A stretch of DNA of 64,000 bases from an uncultured Candidatus Saccharibacteria bacterium (GTDB lineage: Bacteria > Patescibacteriota > Saccharimonadia > Saccharimonadales > JAGQNJ01): assembly GCA_965231045.1 (NCBI GenBank), contig OZ246406.1:250228-314227 (forward strand). Reading direction: 5' to 3'. A program made the translations under genes and the position numbers. Under the pieces are notes generated by a model that was not told where the DNA came from, did no database searches, and saw only the letters and a program-made list of their open reading frames with translations. Numbering within the stretch: the stretch's first letter is position 1; each line of letters opens with the position of its first letter. Of this stretch, positions 1 to 10,186 are shown piece by piece.

Positions 1-15
1 TGAAATACGAGCCAT
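1..15 (-). CDS. rpsM: ribosomal protein S13, first 5 codons only (M-A-R-I-S); the gene continues past the window start
   Basis: rc of nt 1-15 reads ATG GCT CGT ATT TCA, the canonical S13 N-terminus, at the expected position after rpmJ. Confidence 0.4.
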
Positions 16-18
16 TTA

Positions 19-135
19 CTAACCTTGCCTCTGCTTATGCTTAGGTTTAAGCTTATTAATAACATAGATTCGTCCTTTTCGGCGGACGATTATATCATCT
101 GGACTAATTTTCTTGACACTTGCACGCACTTTCAT
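19..135 (-). CDS. rpmJ: ribosomal protein L36, Cys-less (C-) type, 38 aa. Not in the ORF track (<60 aa)
   Basis: Manual translation gives [38 protein letters not shown], ending in TAG at 19-21. It sits in the canonical infA-rpmJ-rpsM position. Confidence 0.8.
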   Translation of the reverse strand: MKVRASVKKISPDDIIVRRKGRIYVINKLKPKHKQRQG

Positions 136-179
136 GCGGATCATCGCTCCTTAATGCTAGTGATGACACACTGCTTAGT

Positions 180-401
180 TTATGATTTGCGGTAGGTGAT
201 TCTGCCCTTCGTAAGATCGTAAGGGGTCAACTCAACCGTAACGCTGTCTCCTGGGACAATTCGGATGTAATGTTTCCGCATTTTCCCTGCGACGTGAGCT
301 ATAATTTGATGACCGTTTTCGAGCTCTACTCTGAACTGAGTCCCTGGAAGGGTCTCGATAATAGTTCCTGTTAACTCGATTACTTCCTTATTTGCAGCCA
401 T
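180..401 (-). CDS. infA: translation initiation factor IF-1
   Basis: 73 aa with an S1-like fold. [14 protein letters not shown]...[14 protein letters not shown] matches IF-1. Confidence 0.9.
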   Translation of the reverse strand: MAANKEVIELTGTIIETLPGTQFRVELENGHQIIAHVAGKMRKHYIRIVPGDSVTVELTPYDLTKGRITYRKS

Positions 402-469
402 AAATATATAACAAGAGTAAATTGTAGCAAATACCTTATCTGTTGTAAAGTGTTTTTTCAGAGATAAAT

Positions 470-2383
470 TTATTCACCTTCAGTTGTGCCAGACGGTTTA
501 GTGCTGCAATCATATGCGACAGTTTTAATATTTCGTACACCATCTAGTATTTGATAAGTGATTGCCTTAACAATCCTCTCAGATATATCCTCCCCTGGTA
601 CCGCTGGCCGCCCGGTCATAAAGTCTTTAGTTATAAACGGTCGTAGTATAGCCATTCGTCTACCCTCGAAACCAAAATTTTGATATGAAAGCATTACTGG
701 GAATTGACTCACAGCCTTATGCTCACCACTTCTTTGCATTAAAACATCTGTAACGTAATCGGCTTCCTGCAGGATACTTACAGTTTCCGGTGTAACACGT
801 GTATGGGTTGCACTCATTGCATCACCTATGGCATCAACATTTAGTAATTTAAGTACTCTATTTAGCCCGTGAATATGCCCGGGTATCTCTTGTGCCATTT
901 CAAGTGCATCACCCCATGACACATAAGAAGGCAGAGCGACTGTTGGTTTATATGTTCGGTCATCCCCTTGAACACCAACAAGCTTTTGACGAAGGACCTT
1001 TGCGTGCACCGATCTTGGTAAAAAGTCATCCAACCTATCTTGCAGCTTGCCGAGTTGGCGTTTTTCTCGCTTTGACATGTGTGTATTACCCAAAATGCGT
1101 ATTCCTAGGCCTGGACCAGGAAACGGTTGTCGCCATACAAGTTCATTTGGCAGTCCAAGCTCCTCAGCCACAGCACGTACTTGATCTTTGTATAAATTTT
1201 GTAGTGGTTCGCATACTTTGCCTGCATCGATTAGTGCCTGAGCGGCAGGAGAAGCATTATGATGAGTTTTTATCTTCGCTGATTTTTTACTGTCGGCACC
1301 ACTCTCAATCTTATCCGGACGAATCGAACCCTGCACAAGTATGGTATCCTCATGCATACCTTCTTCGCTAATTAGACGACCGAAAACATCAATAAATTTG
1401 TTCCCCATAATTATGCGCTTGTGTTCAGGATCAGCAGTTTCAGACAAAGGGCCAATGGTTTTTTTACGTCCAAACCGGCCTTTTACTTGAGTTGTTGCTT
1501 CAAAGAACTCAGCCGCAGCGTCAACCACTGTCACATCAATCCCGGCAGCACGAAGTTTATCTAATACTTGTTTTGATTCCCCTTTGCGCATACATCCGTG
1601 ATCAATATGAAATGCTTTGTAGCGTTTACCCATCGCTTGCAGTATCTTGACAGCTGTAGATGAATCAACACCACCACTCAGGGCAATTAATGCCTCTTGA
1701 TCACCAGGAAGTTTTTCTTCAATCGAAGCTTTTATTTCATCTAGTTGATCCTTTAATGTGAAGTCTGGCTCGATTCCAGCAACATTAAGCAAGAAGTTGC
1801 CAATTAGTTGTTTACCAAATTGGGTGTGTTGAGACTCAGGGTGAAACTGAACACCATAAATTCTACGCTCGTGATTGGCAATAGCTGCCGGAATATCTCC
1901 GCTCCAGGCTATAACCTCAAAACCTTGTGGTAATGTCACCAAGCTATCGCCGTGACTCATCCATACGATCTGTTCATCAGGCGTATCAGCAAATATAGTG
2001 TCATCATTATGTTGAATTGTTCTTGGGCCGTCCTCACGTTTAGAAAGTCGACGCATCTCACCACCAAAATGTTTTACAATCAGGCCCATTCCATAGCAAA
2101 TACCCAGGGTTGGCTTTTCATCATCAAAAAATTTAGTATCACATTTTGGGGCCCGTTTTTCATATACACTGCGCGGGCCACCACTAAAGATTTTTGCTTG
2201 AACTAGGTCAAGTGACTGGTATGGTACATCATGAGAAACAAGTTCAGAACGCACATTATTTTCTCGCACAACCCTGTCAATGTTAGCGGCAAGTTGTCCG
2301 CCAAAATCAATAATTCCAACTGTAGTGTCAATAGGCATGAGTTCGCGATACCCTGTGTTATCACGATCTAATACATCTGACAT
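470..2383 (-). CDS. guaA: GMP synthase (glutamine-hydrolysing), long form 637 aa
   Basis: Has a GATase region (GICYGMG, HPE), the ATP-PPase P-loop SGGVDSS, and the C-terminal dimerisation motifs [13 protein letters not shown] and VQGDDRTY. Confidence 0.9.
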   Translation of the reverse strand: MSDVLDRDNTGYRELMPIDTTVGIIDFGGQLAANIDRVVRENNVRSELVSHDVPYQSLDLVQAKIFSGGPRSVYEKRAPKCDTKFFDDEKPTLGICYGMGLIVKHFGGEMRRLSKREDGPRTIQHNDDTIFADTPDEQIVWMSHGDSLVTLPQGFEVIAWSGDIPAAIANHERRIYGVQFHPESQHTQFGKQLIGNFLLNVAGIEPDFTLKDQLDEIKASIEEKLPGDQEALIALSGGVDSSTAVKILQAMGKRYKAFHIDHGCMRKGESKQVLDKLRAAGIDVTVVDAAAEFFEATTQVKGRFGRKKTIGPLSETADPEHKRIIMGNKFIDVFGRLISEEGMHEDTILVQGSIRPDKIESGADSKKSAKIKTHHNASPAAQALIDAGKVCEPLQNLYKDQVRAVAEELGLPNELVWRQPFPGPGLGIRILGNTHMSKREKRQLGKLQDRLDDFLPRSVHAKVLRQKLVGVQGDDRTYKPTVALPSYVSWGDALEMAQEIPGHIHGLNRVLKLLNVDAIGDAMSATHTRVTPETVSILQEADYVTDVLMQRSGEHKAVSQFPVMLSYQNFGFEGRRMAILRPFITKDFMTGRPAVPGEDISERIVKAITYQILDGVRNIKTVAYDCSTKPSGTTEGE

Positions 2384-2392
2384 AGTCTATCC

Positions 2393-3886
2393 TTACTTTT
2401 TGGGTTTACGCCTTATTTTTAGGCTTTTAAATCGACCGATCTTCTCTGGTTTATCATCGGGACCAGTTAAATAGTCTGGGGCTTCATACTGATCATAGGT
2501 AACCATTAAGGCCTGTGACTCAATCTGTCGAAGCGTCTCAAGTGCTACAGCTACAAGAATCAAAATACTCGTGCCGCCAATAGCGATATTTGTCTGCAAG
2601 AAAGCTTGGGCAATAATTGGAAGCACGGCTAATGCACCTAAACTCAAAGCTCCAAATAAAGTAAGACGATTTACGATTTTACCCAAGTACTTTTCGGTTT
2701 GATTACCGGAGCGAACGCCCTCAATAAAACCTCCTTGCTTCTGCAAGTTCTCGGCAATTTCATGTGAGTCAAATGTAATGCTTGTATAGAAGAAGGTGAA
2801 AACAAAAACTAACATAAAATATACAACCGGGTAAATATACGCATGCCAGCCGCCTTGAGCAAACGTTTGGGCTGAAGGATTTTGGAACCATTGTGTTAGT
2901 TTGGCGCCAATTTCTTGAAAATGATTATTACTTGACCCGGACATTAATTGACCTATAAAAGTAGGCACACTTAGAAAGGCTAAGGCAAAAATTATCGGTA
3001 CAACACCCGCTGCAATCAGTTTGACTGGCAGCATAGTGGTGACACCGCCGTAGGCTCTGTTTCCTTGAACCCGCTTAGCATAGTGAATTGTAATATTTCT
3101 AGCCGCTTCATTTAACTTAACAACAAGAACTGTAACGACAATGATAGATAAGATAATAAGTCCGGCATAAAAAAGTGCCGTGCCATTAATTGAAATATGT
3201 TTCCCAAAAATTGACCATCCACCATTACCTTCTTTTTGGAAAATAGATGCGATGGAGCTAGCGATTGTTGAAGGTAAACGACTAACAATACCGACAGTAA
3301 TAATCAAAGAAATACCATTGGCAATATTTTGTTCTGTAATAAGCTCTCCGAGCCACATCAGCAGCATAGAACCGCCACTTAGTGCAGTGACCATTAGTAT
3401 CCATTGTCCAATCGACGCGTTGGCAGTAATATCACCCAATCCAGCGAGGCTAGATGCAGTTTGTCTAACTAAGTAAATAGTACCGATGGATTGGATTATT
3501 GATAACGGTAATGCGATGATACGCGTATATTGATTAATCTTTTTGCGACCATACTCACCTTCTTTATTCAAAGCTTCAAGTTTAGGGATTGCCCTTGTTA
3601 AGAGCTGCATTATGATCGAGGCGTTAATAAAAGGTCCTAAACCAACTAACATGATTGAAAAGTTGGCCAGTGCACCACCAGACAGAACATCAACAAAACT
3701 TAAAAATTGTGATGATTTTGTTGAAGTAAATAAAGTTTGAAGGATCTGCTTTAAAGTTTCACCGCTACCAATAGGGATTGGAATATGAGCAAGGATTCTA
3801 AAAACAAGCAGCATACCAAGTACCGCAAGAAACTTCTTGCGCATATCTTTACTTTTTAGTGATAGCCAAATTGTTTTCCAACTCAT
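2393..3886 (-). CDS. secY: preprotein translocase subunit SecY. The true start is probably the internal M near 3844
   Basis: Ten-TM protein at the end of the spc operon. Motifs ALNKEGEYGRKKINQYTR and the SecY plug/TM2 region are present. Confidence 0.9.
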   Translation of the reverse strand: MSWKTIWLSLKSKDMRKKFLAVLGMLLVFRILAHIPIPIGSGETLKQILQTLFTSTKSSQFLSFVDVLSGGALANFSIMLVGLGPFINASIIMQLLTRAIPKLEALNKEGEYGRKKINQYTRIIALPLSIIQSIGTIYLVRQTASSLAGLGDITANASIGQWILMVTALSGGSMLLMWLGELITEQNIANGISLIITVGIVSRLPSTIASSIASIFQKEGNGGWSIFGKHISINGTALFYAGLIILSIIVVTVLVVKLNEAARNITIHYAKRVQGNRAYGGVTTMLPVKLIAAGVVPIIFALAFLSVPTFIGQLMSGSSNNHFQEIGAKLTQWFQNPSAQTFAQGGWHAYIYPVVYFMLVFVFTFFYTSITFDSHEIAENLQKQGGFIEGVRSGNQTEKYLGKIVNRLTLFGALSLGALAVLPIIAQAFLQTNIAIGGTSILILVAVALETLRQIESQALMVTYDQYEAPDYLTGPDDKPEKIGRFKSLKIRRKPKK

Positions 3887-3965
3887 TAACTAGGTTACCC
3901 TTATTCTCCCTTTATTTCGGTGTATTGCCCTCAAGTATAGCGTATTAACACGCTGTTATATAGCC

Positions 3966-4442
3966 CTATTTCTTAGCTTTTTTTGCTTTATCTTGAGGTG
4001 TGCGACTTGGTCGTTCAACAGTATCAAACTTGCCACCAGCTTTCTTTATGGCATTAATTGCCTCAGAACTAGCGCCCTGTAGTTTAACATCAACTTTGGT
4101 CTTTAGCTCACCACCAACAATTACCTTGACCTTAACATATGGTGAGCTCGTAAGCCCAGCTTCAGCAAGGCTAAAGTTATCAACATTTCCTTTGAGATCA
4201 TTAAGTTGACCAGTGTAGATTACTTCAGCTGGCACGCGAATGCTCCTGAACCCGCGTAATTTAGGTAGGCGCTGCATCAATGGATTTTGACCACCTTCAA
4301 AGCCTGGGCGTACGCCACCGCTCTTTCGAGCATTTTGACCTTTGGTACCGCGACCAGCAGTCTTACCTTTTCCGGCAGCTATACCGCGACCAACTCGAGT
4401 TGATGACTTATTAGAGCTAATATCCAGTTCATTGTACTTCAT
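3966..4442 (-). CDS. rplO: ribosomal protein L15
   Basis: Gly/Arg/Lys-rich N-terminus (GRGIAAGKGKTAGRGTKGQ) and its position after rpsE. Confidence 0.85.
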   Translation of the reverse strand: MKYNELDISSNKSSTRVGRGIAAGKGKTAGRGTKGQNARKSGGVRPGFEGGQNPLMQRLPKLRGFRSIRVPAEVIYTGQLNDLKGNVDNFSLAEAGLTSSPYVKVKVIVGGELKTKVDVKLQGASSEAINAIKKAGGKFDTVERPSRTPQDKAKKAKK

Positions 4443-4443
4443 A

Positions 4444-5004
4444 CTATTTTGCCTCGGCCTTTACGGCTTTCTTTGCCTCTTTTTTAGCTTGGTCGATTCT
4501 TGTAACCCACTTGTCGGCTGGTTCCATAGCTTGCAAAGCAGCTAGTGTCGCATAGGCAGTATTAATTTTATTGCTTGAACCCAATGACTTCGATAGAGCA
4601 TTATGAACACCAACAACTTCGAGAATAATTCTAACCACACCGCCAGCGATTAAGCCTGTACCCTGGCTTGCAGGCTTTAGAAGGATTCTAGCCCCAGAAA
4701 TCTTACCTTCTGTTTCATGGACTAAGGTTCCTTTATAGAGTGAGACGCTTATCATGTTCTTCTTAGCTACTTCTGTAGCTTTAGTAACAGCTGTTGTTAC
4801 ATCAGCGCCTTTTGATACACCCACGCCAACTTTTCCTTTATGATCACCAACAACAACTAAAGCACGAAAACGAAAACGTCGTCCGCCCTTAACTACACGT
4901 GCAACTCGGTCGATATGAACCATTCGTTCATCGAACTGCTTTTCTTCGTTCATTAATGAGTTATCATTTCTAGGTTGTCTTTGCTGTCTCTGTTGCTGGG
5001 CCAT
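4444..5004 (-). CDS. rpsE: ribosomal protein S5 with a Q/R-rich N-terminal extension
   Basis: S5 core RVARVVKGGRRFRFRALVVVGD ... GTGLIAGG. Its stop directly abuts the rplO start, so there is no L30 gene. Confidence 0.9.
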   Translation of the reverse strand: MAQQQRQQRQPRNDNSLMNEEKQFDERMVHIDRVARVVKGGRRFRFRALVVVGDHKGKVGVGVSKGADVTTAVTKATEVAKKNMISVSLYKGTLVHETEGKISGARILLKPASQGTGLIAGGVVRIILEVVGVHNALSKSLGSSNKINTAYATLAALQAMEPADKWVTRIDQAKKEAKKAVKAEAK

Positions 5005-5361
5005 TTAGAACTCCAATCCTTCATCACGGGCTGCATCGGCTAATGCTTTAACACGACCATGGTATAGTTTACTTCCTCGATCAAATGCAACTTGTTTGAT
5101 CTTAGCAGCTTTAGCTTTCTTTGCAATATCCTTACCAACCCACACAGCTTTGTCAGTCATAGTTTTTCCAGTATCTTTATGTCCGGCTGTCGTACTGTGG
5201 GCAACAGTCTTGTGACTGTCATCATCTATAAGTTGAGCTACAACATGAAGATTGCTTATCTTTACACTAAGACGTGGTCGCTGGGCAGTGCCGTTTATAA
5301 CTTTACGAACACGGATTGCTCGTCGCTTGGCTTGTTTCTTGGCTAAATCTAATCTATTCAT
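5005..5361 (-). CDS. rplR: ribosomal protein L18
   Basis: 118 aa in the spc-operon position. RLSVKISNLHVVAQLIDD is an L18 motif. Confidence 0.85.
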   Translation of the reverse strand: MNRLDLAKKQAKRRAIRVRKVINGTAQRPRLSVKISNLHVVAQLIDDDSHKTVAHSTTAGHKDTGKTMTDKAVWVGKDIAKKAKAAKIKQVAFDRGSKLYHGRVKALADAARDEGLEF

Positions 5362-5363
5362 AG

Positions 5364-5903
5364 CTATTTCTCTTTCCCGCTTTTACCGCTCTTACGGATA
5401 ATGTGTTCACCTGTATATCTAATACCTTTGCCTTTATATGGCTCTGGTTTCTTGAGTGAGCGAATCTCGGCAGCAACTTGGCCTACTTGCTGTTTGCTAA
5501 TACCGCTAACAGTAATATTATTTTGGTCGACTGTGATAGTAATTCCTTGTGGTATATCAAAGATTACATCATGAGAAAATCCAAGATTCATTTTTAACTG
5601 TTGTCCGGCAAGTGCGACTCGGAAGCCCACGCCATGTAATTCAAGCTGTTTGCTAAAGCCTTCGCTTACGCCCACAACCATATTTTGAATTAGTGATCGC
5701 ATTAATCCGTGACGTGCTCGATGAATTGGTTCATCATCAACTCGAGTAACAATAACTTCTTCACCTTCTTGTTTTACAGTAATTCCAGGCAATGTGAACT
5801 GGCTCAAACTACCCTTTGGACCATTTACAGTAATGGTGTCAGGGTCGATAGTGATTGTCACACCGCTTGGGATTTTGATCGGTAGTTTTCCTATACGACT
5901 CAT
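5364..5903 (-). CDS. rplF: ribosomal protein L6
   Basis: MSRIGKLPIKIPSGVTI N-terminus, 179 aa, with two L6 repeats. Confidence 0.9.
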   Translation of the reverse strand: MSRIGKLPIKIPSGVTITIDPDTITVNGPKGSLSQFTLPGITVKQEGEEVIVTRVDDEPIHRARHGLMRSLIQNMVVGVSEGFSKQLELHGVGFRVALAGQQLKMNLGFSHDVIFDIPQGITITVDQNNITVSGISKQQVGQVAAEIRSLKKPEPYKGKGIRYTGEHIIRKSGKSGKEK

Positions 5904-5912
5904 ATTATTCCT

Positions 5913-6314
5913 TTAATAAACTTTACAAATTAATTCGCCACCAAGGCGTTTGTTCTTAGCTTCAATACCTGTCATAAGACCTTTAGATGTTGACACAACT
6001 ACAAGCCCACGACCTTGTTTTACAGTAGGGATGTCTTTGACGTTTGCATACATACGACGCCCTGGTTTGCTAAGTCGCACAATCTCAGTAATTCGGGCGT
6101 TGGTGTCTTCTGGAGCAATTGTAATTTTTAACTCTTTGCCAACTGGTGCGTCAACAACTTCTAGGCTATCTAGAAACTTGCTATCTACTAAGACTTTAGC
6201 TACTGACTCTTTCATTTTAGAGTGCGGCATTGTCACTTCGTGCTTACGTACATTAATCGCATTACGAATACGAGTAAGCATGTCTGAAATTGGATCTGTT
6301 GAGGTCATTGTCAT
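5913..6314 (-). CDS. rpsH: ribosomal protein S8
   Basis: DPISDMLTRIRNA N-terminus and ...GGELICKVY C-terminus. Confidence 0.9.
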   Translation of the reverse strand: MTMTSTDPISDMLTRIRNAINVRKHEVTMPHSKMKESVAKVLVDSKFLDSLEVVDAPVGKELKITIAPEDTNARITEIVRLSKPGRRMYANVKDIPTVKQGRGLVVVSTSKGLMTGIEAKNKRLGGELICKVY

Positions 6315-6327
6315 GATTATTTCCTTT

Positions 6328-6597
6328 CTACCAACTCGATTTCGTTACGCCAGGAATTTCACCTTTGCTAGCATGTTCTCGGAATGAAATACGGGATAAA
6401 CCAAATGTCCGCATATAGCCTCGTGGACGTCCTGTCTCCTGGCAACGATTCTTTCGACGTGTTGGAGATGAGTTTCGAGGCAACTTGTGTAAACCTTCCA
6501 GGTCACCCAGTGATTTTAATTCAGCGCGCTTGTCAGCGTACTTATTGATCATCTTTTCACGCTTTTTATCTCGCGCTATGTTAGACTTACGAGCCAT
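6328..6597 (-). CDS. rpsN: ribosomal protein S14 (long, non-Z type; ends in W)
   Basis: 89 aa. [13 protein letters not shown] ... [16 protein letters not shown] ... W. Confidence 0.85.
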   Translation of the reverse strand: MARKSNIARDKKREKMINKYADKRAELKSLGDLEGLHKLPRNSSPTRRKNRCQETGRPRGYMRTFGLSRISFREHASKGEIPGVTKSSW

Positions 6598-7173
6598 TTA
6601 TGCGTTCTCCTTTTCATATGGCATACCAAACTTACCAAGCAGGGCTTTTGCTTGCTCAGCATCCTCAGCTTTAATTACAAACACAACTTGTAGACCATGT
6701 GTTACAGATGCATCTTCAAAATCAATTTCAGGGAATACTGTTTGATCGTTTAGACCGATTGAATAATTTCCTTGCTTATCAAAAGCCTTATTACTTACAC
6801 CATGAAAGTCACGAAGTCTTGGAAGAACAATATTTATAAATCGATCCATGAATTCATACATTCTTTGATCGCGTAAAGTAGTTTTAAGACCAATCTTATT
6901 ACCTTCACGGAGTTTAAAGCTAGCAATTGACTTCTTGGCAGTGGTTTGAACTGGCTGTTGACCAGTTATTTTGCGAATTGTAGTTGTAGCAACTTCAAAC
7001 AACTTCTTATCGTCTTTACCTCGGCCAAGACCAATGTTTATAACGATCTTTTCAAGTTTTGGAACTTGATGGGCGTTTTCTAGCTTAAATTCTTCTTGAA
7101 GCTCCTTGGCATACTTGGTGTTATAGAGATCTTTCAATCGAGCTGTGTATTGTACGGATTTAGTCGCAGTCAT
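6598..7173 (-). CDS. rplE: ribosomal protein L5
   Basis: 191 aa. Has the L5 motifs NAHQVPKLEKIVINIG, RGKDDKK and MYEFMDRFINI. Confidence 0.9.
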   Translation of the reverse strand: MTATKSVQYTARLKDLYNTKYAKELQEEFKLENAHQVPKLEKIVINIGLGRGKDDKKLFEVATTTIRKITGQQPVQTTAKKSIASFKLREGNKIGLKTTLRDQRMYEFMDRFINIVLPRLRDFHGVSNKAFDKQGNYSIGLNDQTVFPEIDFEDASVTHGLQVVFVIKAEDAEQAKALLGKFGMPYEKENA

Positions 7174-7499
7174 TACTTGATCTCCTTTCCTGATTTCTTG
7201 CTAACGCGAACTTTATTACCTTTAGCGTCAACTTTGTAGCCAATTCTAGTTGGCTTCTTAGCAGCGGTTTCAAGTAACCCAACCTTAGAAACCCAGATTG
7301 GCTTTGTAACTTCAATAATTCCGCCTTGTGGGTGCTGACGATTAGGCTTCAAGTGCTTCTTAACAATGTTAATACCTTCAACTGTAACTTTGTTCTCTCT
7401 CGGATGAACGGATACAATCTTACCTGTTTGGCCTTTGTATTTACCTGATCGGACCATCACAGTATCACCTTTTTTCAGTCGTATCTTATATAAAGTCAT
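7173..7499 (-). CDS. rplX: ribosomal protein L24
   Basis: KOW motif KGDTVMVRSGKYKGQTGKI. Confidence 0.85.
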   Translation of the reverse strand: MTLYKIRLKKGDTVMVRSGKYKGQTGKIVSVHPRENKVTVEGINIVKKHLKPNRQHPQGGIIEVTKPIWVSKVGLLETAAKKPTRIGYKVDAKGNKVRVSKKSGKEIK

Positions 7500-7867
7500 T
7501 AGAGTACCTCCGGAGCTAAGCTAATGATCTTGCTATAACCTTGTTCTCGAAGTTCTCTTGGAACTGGGCCAAAGATACGAGTAGCTTTAGGTAATTTATC
7601 TTCACCAATTATTACAGCTGCATTATCGTCAAATCTGATTGAAGAACCGTCTTTTCGTCGAATAGTATTACGAGTACGAACAACTACAGCGCGAACCACA
7701 CTCTTCTTCTTAACGTTACCATTTGGGCTAGCGTCTTTTACGGTTGCCACAATAATATCGCCAACATGAGCATAGCGACGACGAGTACCGCCAAGTACAC
7801 GGATACAAAGAATTTCCTTTGCTCCAGAGTTGTCACATACAACTAGGCGTGATTCTTGCTGAATCAT
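7499..7867 (-). CDS. rplN: ribosomal protein L14
   Basis: [17 protein letters not shown]...[10 protein letters not shown] is a canonical L14 sequence. Confidence 0.9.
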   Translation of the reverse strand: MIQQESRLVVCDNSGAKEILCIRVLGGTRRRYAHVGDIIVATVKDASPNGNVKKKSVVRAVVVRTRNTIRRKDGSSIRFDDNAAVIIGEDKLPKATRIFGPVPRELREQGYSKIISLAPEVL

Positions 7868-8271
7868 TTGTCGTCTCCTTTAGATTCCTCATCGTCTGTC
7901 TTTTCAGCCTTTTTTGTAGATTTCTTTGGCTTCTCTTCCAAGCTATCTACAGCAGGTTTATCATTTTTCTTCACGATGTCTTTCTTTTCAGGTGCCGGTA
8001 CTTCAACGTCACCAACAACACCTTCACGAAGGACAGGTTTCTCAATAACTTTAAGTAGTTTATGTCGTTTGTTTGCACTTAGAGGTCGAGTCTCAATAAT
8101 TGAAACCTTATCACCAGTTTGAGCCTCATTCTCTTCATCATGAGCCATAAACTTCTTAGAAATACTATATTGCTTGTGGTACAACGGATGTGTCTTACGT
8201 GTAACTACTGTCACGACAATAGTCTTGTCAGCCTTATCCGATGTAACAACACCAACTAATGTCTTAGCCAT
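7864..8271 (-). CDS. rpsQ: ribosomal protein S17 with a roughly 50-aa Lys/Glu/Asp-rich C-terminal extension
   Basis: N-terminal S17 core [29 protein letters not shown], 135 aa total against about 85 aa typically. Confidence 0.85.
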   Translation of the reverse strand: MAKTLVGVVTSDKADKTIVVTVVTRKTHPLYHKQYSISKKFMAHDEENEAQTGDKVSIIETRPLSANKRHKLLKVIEKPVLREGVVGDVEVPAPEKKDIVKKNDKPAVDSLEEKPKKSTKKAEKTDDEESKGDDK

Positions 8272-8486
8272 TACACGCTCTCCTTTGTTAATTGTTCACT
8301 TAATACGGTTAACATTCGGGCTAAATCTTTACGTTTATTACGAATTGATCGAACATTCTGGATTTCACCCATTGCAAATTGTCGTCGCAATTCGGCAATT
8401 TCTTCACGAAGTTGGGTGCTTTGCTTCGTAAGATCGGTTGTTGATAATTTTCGAATTTCTACCATCTTCATCTTCTTATGCCTCAT
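8271..8486 (-). CDS. rpmC: ribosomal protein L29. The true start is probably a few codons inside the ORF-track start
   Basis: [27 protein letters not shown] is a helical L29 motif. Confidence 0.8.
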   Translation of the reverse strand: MRHKKMKMVEIRKLSTTDLTKQSTQLREEIAELRRQFAMGEIQNVRSIRNKRKDLARMLTVLSEQLTKESV

Positions 8487-8919
8487 CTCGCACTAAAAAC
8501 TTAGTTTTTACAGGTAGTTTGTGCGCTGCAAGTCGCATTGCTTCACGAGCAATTTCCTCTGATACACCTTGCATTTCAAACATAATCGTACCCGGGTAGA
8601 CTTTGGCTACAAAGAATTCTGGATTACCTTTTCCGGAACCCATCTTAGTACCGAGTGCTTTTCGGCTAACAGGGGTGTGAGGAAAAATTCGAATCCAAAT
8701 CTTACCGCCACGCTTGATATAACGAGTCATGGCTTGTCGCGCGGCCTCAATTTGGCGAGCTGTAATTCGATCCATACCTTGTGATTGCAAAGCATACTGA
8801 CCAAAGGCAATTGTTGTGCCACGAGTAGCAGCCCCACTCATACGTCCAACACGCTCTTTGCGATACTTTGTTCGCTTTGGCATCAACATGGCTAAGCTAC
8901 CTCTCCTTTGTAAATCCAA
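8476..8919 (-). CDS. rplP: ribosomal protein L16. The true start is probably [11 protein letters not shown]
   Basis: [11 protein letters not shown]...[10 protein letters not shown] is canonical L16. Confidence 0.9.
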   Translation of the reverse strand: MDLQRRGSLAMLMPKRTKYRKERVGRMSGAATRGTTIAFGQYALQSQGMDRITARQIEAARQAMTRYIKRGGKIWIRIFPHTPVSRKALGTKMGSGKGNPEFFVAKVYPGTIMFEMQGVSEEIAREAMRLAAHKLPVKTKFLVRDEA

Positions 8920-9521
8920 ACCTTAACGCCGATAATTCCGGCAGCTGTCTTAGCTGGTACATACGCATAATCAATATCGGCACGAAGGGTATGTAGTGGT
9001 ACTGAACCTTGAATCTCTTTCTCACGTCGGGCCATTTCAGCTCCATTTAATCGGCCTGATACTTCAATGCGAATACCTTTGGCACCAGCCCGCATTGTGG
9101 CTGCGCCAGCAGATTTAATGGCTCGGCGGAACGAAATACGTCGTTGCATCTGAAATGCGATATTTTCGGCTACTAACTTAGCGTATAGCTCAGGTTTTTT
9201 GACTTCTTCAATATTTACACGAACTGGTACTTTATAAATTTTCTCAATAGCGTCTTTAAGCTCTTGCACACCTGTACCGCCACGGCCAATAACAACACCG
9301 GCTTTGGCAGTGGTTATAGTGACTGTAACTAGGTTAGGTGAACGCTCAATGTCAACTTTATTAATAGCAGCTCGAGATCCAAGCTTGTCATCAATAAGTT
9401 TACGTACTGCAAGATCTTCACTTAAATACTTGGCATATTCGCGCTTATTTGCGAACCACTTAGATCGCCAATCTTTATTGACTTGGAGACGCATTGAAAT
9501 TGGATTAACTTTTTGGCCCAT
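8892..9521 (-). CDS. rpsC: ribosomal protein S3
   Basis: [25 protein letters not shown]-terminus, KH domain, 209 aa. Confidence 0.9.
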   Translation of the reverse strand: MGQKVNPISMRLQVNKDWRSKWFANKREYAKYLSEDLAVRKLIDDKLGSRAAINKVDIERSPNLVTVTITTAKAGVVIGRGGTGVQELKDAIEKIYKVPVRVNIEEVKKPELYAKLVAENIAFQMQRRISFRRAIKSAGAATMRAGAKGIRIEVSGRLNGAEMARREKEIQGSVPLHTLRADIDYAYVPAKTAAGIIGVKVWIYKGEVA

Positions 9522-9910
9522 TACTTAGCCTCCTTCTTTTCTACTGGCTTCTTTGTAGCTGGCTTTTTAGGTGCACGAACTTCACCATCGACTTCAACAA
9601 AAATGTGTGAACTTTTACGCTCAAATGGTAACGCTCGTCCATGAGCTGCAGGACGGTATCGCTTAAAGCGTGGTCCAGGTGTAACTGTTATGTGAGTAAT
9701 CTTTAAGGTATCCGGCTTCATATTATGGTTGTGTTCGGCGTTGGCCTTAGCACTGGCTATAACTTTGCTTACAGCTACAGCTGAGCGACGAGGTGTGTGC
9801 TCAAGAATAGTCAAGGCTTCGCTAACAGTTCGACCACGAACTAAAGCAGCCACAACTCCAACTTTTCTTGGAGCGACTCTTACACCTTTTGCGCTTGCTT
9901 TAACTGTCAT
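9521..9910 (-). CDS. rplV: ribosomal protein L22 with a short Lys-rich C-terminal tail
   Basis: L22 motifs VRVAPRKVGVVAALVRGRTVSEALTIL and HITVTPGPRFKRYRPAAHGRA. Confidence 0.85.
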   Translation of the reverse strand: MTVKASAKGVRVAPRKVGVVAALVRGRTVSEALTILEHTPRRSAVAVSKVIASAKANAEHNHNMKPDTLKITHITVTPGPRFKRYRPAAHGRALPFERKSSHIFVEVDGEVRAPKKPATKKPVEKKEAK

Positions 9911-9913
9911 GGT

Positions 9914-10183
9914 TTAACCTTTCGCTATCTTTCCACCGTGTGAACGGAATTTACGTGTTGGGGCAAATTCACCCAATTTATGACCAACCATATTCTCTGT
10001 AATAAATACTGGAACGTGAACCTTACCATTGTGTACAGCAATTGTTTTACCAACAAATTCCGGTGAAATGGTGCTAGCACGAGCCCAAGTCTTAACAATA
10101 GTTCGGTCTTCATTGCCTAACGCACCGACTTTCTTGGCCAGTTTAGGGTCTACAAATGGTCCTTTTTTCAAACTTCGGCTCAT
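9914..10183 (-). CDS. rpsS: ribosomal protein S19
   Basis: [15 protein letters not shown]...[17 protein letters not shown] is canonical S19. Confidence 0.9.
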   Translation of the reverse strand: MSRSLKKGPFVDPKLAKKVGALGNEDRTIVKTWARASTISPEFVGKTIAVHNGKVHVPVFITENMVGHKLGEFAPTRKFRSHGGKIAKG

Positions 10184-10186
10184 ATT

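Noticed and set aside
1310-1337. T-loop-like GGTTCGATTCG (minus strand) that could suggest a tRNA
   Set aside because: It lies inside the guaA coding sequence, with no acceptor, anticodon or D-arm complementarity. It is a chance match.
892-1371. 159-aa plus-strand ORF antisense to guaA; similar antisense ORFs at 25466-25732 and 26143-26493 (rpoB), 36487-36993, and 44237-44737 (inside the PBP gene)
   Set aside because: They lie entirely within well-supported conserved genes on the opposite strand, have odd composition (Cys/Trp/Ser-rich) and no recognisable motifs. They are typical shadow ORFs.
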